From: Azolla caroliniana
Taxonomy: Eukaryota > Plantae > Polypodiophyta
Direction of reading: 5' to 3'
Length of the DNA: 64,000 bases
Assembly (NCBI GenBank): GCA_043228905.1
Contig: JBHGNT010000018.1
Coordinates: forward strand, 7,006,001-7,070,000
Under the pieces are notes generated by a model. That model had not been told where the DNA came from. It saw only the letters and a list, made by a program, of their open reading frames with translations, and made no database searches. Below are positions 59,481 through 64,000 of this stretch, one piece after another (positions within the stretch are counted from its first letter, which is position 1; each line of letters begins with the position of its first letter). A program made the position numbers and the translations under genes.

Positions 59481-60138
59481 TGTCGTGGAGAAAACCGCCC
59501 CTAGGAGGAATCAGGGAAATATGCGCAAGAATTGGCCCTTACGTGTGGGCATGCTATTTAATTACTTGTACATACTTAGGAGCGACTCGGTTGATGTGAA
59601 GATACTAGGTAGTACACATTTATTGTTTAGGAAATCGTAGTGTATCTTTGTCCGAGGTGACAAGGAATAAAGATGATGTAACTAGGGTATATCGGTCTAT
59701 CCCTGAAGGCTTATAAAAGGGAGGGGAGAAGGCTGAGAGGGGATCGCTTTTTGTCGAGGACTAAGTGTTGTCGGACTGGAACTGATCTCTTCTCCTTTGT
59801 CTTTCATCGTTTTCTGCAGGGTTTGGGAGGCTGCCTCCGCTTCGTGGAAAGCCCGATTGCTTTTGGCAGAGGCTCCATCTCTTGTTGTTGTGTGCGTTGT
59901 GTGAGTTGGTGTCAGCGAGTTGGCGCTTGCCGGCCAGCCATCTGTAATCTTGATATATATATATATATATACATTCACCTCACGTGTTGTCCGACCTTGT
60001 TGTGCGTTCTCTGTGTATCTGTGTGTGCGCGGCTCGGTTGTGGGTTCGTGGTGCTCCTCCTTTTGTTCGGTAATTCCTTGGTTCAGGACCCCCGCGGTCC
60101 CGCCTTAGTTTCTCCTGCGCGTGCAGAATAACACGATA
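59481..60138 (+). repeat. 3' LTR of Gypsy C
   Basis: Follows PPT GGTGGGGGTGGA; TGTCGTGGAG...TAACACGATA; layout resembles the B/D/E LTRs. Confidence 0.8.
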
Positions 60139-60332
60139 ATGCGCTATGGACATTTCGAGTACAAAGTGATGTCATTCGGCCTTACCAACGCTCTGTCCAT
60201 CTTCCAATACATGCTGAATGATATTTTTTGAGAGTATCTTGATCATTTCGTGGTCATCTACCTTGACAACATCCTAGTTTTTTTTCCAACTGGGAGGAGC
60301 ACACACACCACATCCGGCTGGTTCTCACCAAA
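60139..60332 (+). pseudogene. Chromovirus-type RT fragment, probable outermost host of C
   Basis: Translates [47 protein letters not shown], similar to the F RT. Confidence 0.8.
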
Positions 60333-63300
60333 CTGGTGAAGATGTAGGCAACTTGTCGATCCGTAGGAACATACCGAAGTTCGACTTCACCGCTCAAGAC
60401 ACGCTCACGCACGAAGTGGTACTGCACTTCTATGTGCTTTGTGCGAGCATGGAATTCGGGGTTCTTGGCGAGTTGCATGCTGCTTATGTTGTCGCAGTAG
60501 ATCAGGATCGGGGTCGGCACCTTGATCCGCAGGTCTTGCAGCAGTCGTCGAAGCTAAATGGCTTCAAAGGTGGCAACGATAGCGCCCCAGTATTTAGCCT
60601 TAGTGCTCGGAAGGGCCACTGTTGGCTGCTTTTTGCTGCTCCACGCAACAGCCGCGCTACCAAGGGAAAACATATAGCCGGAGGTGGATCGGCGATCTGA
60701 TGCATCGTCGGCCCAGTCGGCATCAATGTAACCGACAAGCTCTTTGGTTATACCATGCCAGTATAACAGTCCCTATTCCTTCGTGCCGCTCACATATCGC
60801 AAAATTCGATGCGCGCATAGAAGGTGCTCCACGGTCGGCTGCTACATATATTGGTTGATCACGCCTACCGAATAACTGATGTCGGGTCAGGTGATTGTCA
60901 AATATATAAGGCTTCCGATGATTTGTCGGAACCGCTTCGCATCGCAGGCTGGTCCGGAGTCGGGACAGAGCTTCTGGTTCCAATCTAGGGGTGTGGAGAT
61001 CGATCGACATTCTGTCATGCCGAACTTGTACAACATATTCAACACATAATGTCTTTGTGAGAGCAATATGCCATCGGTGTTTTGGATCACCTTGATCCCA
61101 AGGAAATAGTGAAGGTCCCCAAGGTCCTTCATCTTAAATGCGTCCGACAACTGGGACTTGACTCGGCTGATTTCATCGAGGCTGGGTCCGGTGATGACTA
61201 GATCATCAACATACAACAAGATGCAGACTGGACCGTCCGGACCTTGCGGGATGAACAATGAAGAGTCACACTTGGAGGCTGCAAACCCCATCTTACGCAA
61301 CCGGTGCGTGATCTTCGCATTCCAAGCTCGGGGTGCTTGCTTCAGGCCATAAAGTAACTTCTTCAGCCGTCATACCGCCGACTTGTTCATCTCCGATTGG
61401 AAACCAGGGGGTTGGGTCATAAAGAACTCTTCTTCAAGGTCGCCTTGAAGAAATGCATTCTTCACGTCCATCTGGTGAAGATGCCACCCCCTTGCCGCAA
61501 CAACCATTAGCACCACACGAACCATCGTCATCTTCGCTACCGGAGCGAAGGTCTCATTGTAGTCAATTCCGTGGGTCTGCGCGTATCCCTTTGCCACTAA
61601 CTGGGCCTTGTACTGGTTATCCGAACCGTCTGCATTGTACTTTACCTTGTACATCCATTTACATCCGATCGGTTTACAGTGTCGGGGAGGGTCAACTAGG
61701 TCCCATCAAGTGCCCGCATTTCTTCCTCTATAGCGGCACGCCAATTTGTGTCCTTTGCCGCTTCTGCGTAGCTCTCTGGCTTGCGCACTTCCACCACCTT
61801 AGTCATGTACGCATAATGATGCGCCATGTACTCATTGTACCCATATTGCTTCACGGGGTTCTTCTAGCGGGAAGACCAGCGTAACTTATCGTTACCCGGT
61901 TTGAGGCCCTACTTGGCCGGTTCAGGCTTTGTTCCCGAAGATCTGCCTTCACCCTCTCCGGAGTCGGATTCGCTTCGATTTGACTCAACGTTGCCGGTAT
62001 CGAATTCCGACATCTTCTTCTTCCCCTTCTCTTTGCGTGTGAACCGTCTCCTCGGTGCCTTGCGCGGGGAGAGCACGACAGAGTCTCCACTACTCGCCGG
62101 TTCCTCATCCGACTGGTCAGCCCGACTCAGTCGCTCATTCAGTTCACTTAACCGAAATGAGATCGGATTCTCTTCTAGAGTGCGGAGGTCTTCATCTTCT
62201 ATTTGGACCGGTTCAGGCTCACTAACCTCATCCTCCGGGATTGGGTTCGGGTCGGAAGTCGGAGTCGGTAAGGCATACCATGATGCCGTCTCATCAAACT
62301 CAACATCCCGGCTAACTCCGACATGCTTCATCCGGGGGTTATAACACTTATACCCCTTTTGCTCATGTAGGGAACCGACCAGGATGCATTTCTCCAACTT
62401 TGCATCCAACTTCCTCCACTTCTCATCCGGCACATGCACATATGTAATGCTACCGAATATCTGAAGGTGTCTCAAATTCGACTTGTGTTCGAAATACAGC
62501 TCATGCGCAGACACCTTGTCACCGATCCGGTTTTGGATGTATATGGCCGTCCGGACCGCCTCCCCCCAGTAGAAATGGGGCATGCTCTTCTCCTCCAGCA
62601 TTGCGCTTGCCGCATTGACAATTGACCGGTTCTTCCTTTCAGCCACACCATTTTGCTCCGGTGTGTATCTACAGCTGAACTCTCTCCGAATTCCTTTTTG
62701 CTGCAGATAACTGTTGAATTAGCCGGAAAAATATTCTTTTCCGCCATCCGACCGTAGGCACTTGATCTTCCTTTCCGTTTCCCGTTTAACCAGGCTTTGT
62801 AGGTTCTGAAAACACTCGAAGACTTCGCTCTTCCGCTCAATGAGGTAGATCCATGTGTGCCGGCTGTAGTCATCAATGAAGGAAACGAAATACCGATTCC
62901 TGCCAAGACTAACGTTCTGTGCCAGTCCCCATACATCCGAATGAATAAGGTCAAGCTTGTTACGGCTATGGTTTCGCTCGGTGGGGAATGGAAGCCGGTG
63001 TTGCTTCCCGAGTTGGCAAGCTTCACATATTTGGGGCTTCCGGCCATTGAACTTCGGCAAATTGAGAACAACTTGTGTCGTTTGCAGGTCTTGAAGCCTC
63101 CGGTAATTCACGTGGCCGATCCGCTTGTGCCAGAGATCAATATCCGATTCAATCTTCTGTCCTTTGGCGAACAAATCGGTGCCGACGTCATTGGTGTCGA
63201 GGATGAACATCCTCCCTTTTCTGCGCCCTTGCACAATAATCTGGCCCTCTTCCTCGATGAAGCACCCAAGGTGCGTAAACTGCACCTGCATCCCCTGGTC

Positions 63301-63618
63301 AACAGGACTGACACCAGGTTCTTCGTGATAGTCGGAACGTGTAATACGTTCATCAGCTTCCCCTTCTGTCCGACGTGGCTCAAAGGGACTTCTCCGATAT
63401 GCACAATTGGGTGAGGAGTGTCGTCTCCGGTTTCAATGACTCCCGGTTGTTCCGGTTTCTCCAAGAAGGAGAACCACTCTTTGTGGTTCGTCATGTGATT
63501 CGACGCACCGAAATCAACGTACCACACTTCCTCCGATTCGGAAGTGGTCTTTTTCATCGAGTTAGCCTCGTGTTTCATCATCAAGGCTGGCCCTTTACCG
63601 GCTTTTCCGGTTTTGGAT
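60333..63618 (-). mobile_element. Degenerate Copia K internal region (PR-IN-RT-RH), related to G; 3' end deleted
   Basis: WYVDFGASNHM, WHKRIGH, HSDVWG, RSDGGKEY, LYVDDLVI, RTKHIEV; many frameshifts. Confidence 0.88.
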
Positions 63619-63984
63619 TGTTACCAGCCGACAAAGGAGTCCAGAGTGTGAAACGGGGAGTTATTTAATTATTAGGAATGGTTGTAAGTAAGCTATGAGT
63701 GTGGACGGACGGACCGGAATCGGTATGCCGTTCCGGATCCGGATCGATCCCGAACAGGTGCGGATGGCACCGTTTTGTACTACAGACCGGAAACCTATTT
63801 AAAGGCCCGGATACAATGTAATGAGCAACGGTTAATGAATAAAGCTTAGTGTTGTTATCTCTCTGTGTTAATTGTCGTTCTGCATTCATTGTTATATCTT
63901 ACGCGTGTGAATATTAAGGACGATCATGCTAAGTAACCTAATTAAGTCGGATTAATCGTTGAGTCTAATCCTGTTGCCGTAACA
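63619..63984 (-). repeat. Probable 3' LTR of another element (L) inserted in K and extending beyond the window
   Basis: TGTTAC...GTAACA inverted termini; CCCCTTT immediately to the right reads as a PPT on the minus strand. Confidence 0.65.
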
Positions 63985-64000
63985 CCCCTTTGGTGAAGTG

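Larger units (their letters stand above)
9202..60138 (+). mobile_element. Gypsy C (tRNA-Trp lineage), old host element containing D, E and a partial LTR
   Basis: Last 10 nt of 5' LTR (TAACGTGACA 9202-9211) plus Trp PBS; gag-PR 9257-11318; sequence resumes at 49749 after D; integrase resumes at 58952 after E; PPT and 3' LTR 59481-60138 ending TAACACGATA. Confidence 0.8.

Overview
Repeat-saturated eukaryotic DNA with no ordinary host gene, most consistent with a non-seed land plant such as a moss (inferred from the TE lineages present). The window is one nested TE cluster at least six levels deep. It holds four copies of a tRNA-Trp-primed, non-chromodomain Gypsy lineage with 4-bp TSDs (B 841-7872, C 9202-60138, D 11355-49748, E 51978-58951) and two Tcn1-like chromodomain Gypsy elements (F, J). 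It also holds four Copia elements (A, G, K and the intact, young H), solo or partial LTRs and several tandem arrays. The most unusual object is a 9.75-kb DNA transposon at 15850-25601 with 25-bp GGG...CCC TIRs, a 4-bp TTCA TSD and a spliced Sola2-type transposase. The 1.2-kb transposase intron is an array of the element's own subterminal palindrome. The element carries convergent spliced cargo: a RING-H2-like protein and a catalytically degenerate FCP1/SCP-type phosphatase. Other signals are a conserved G_GAT_TTT -1 frameshift between protease and RT, CpG-centred target sites for all 4-bp-TSD Gypsy insertions, and self-priming plus an antisense tRNA-like Pol III cassette in the chromovirus LTRs. 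All calls were made by eye; no searches were run.
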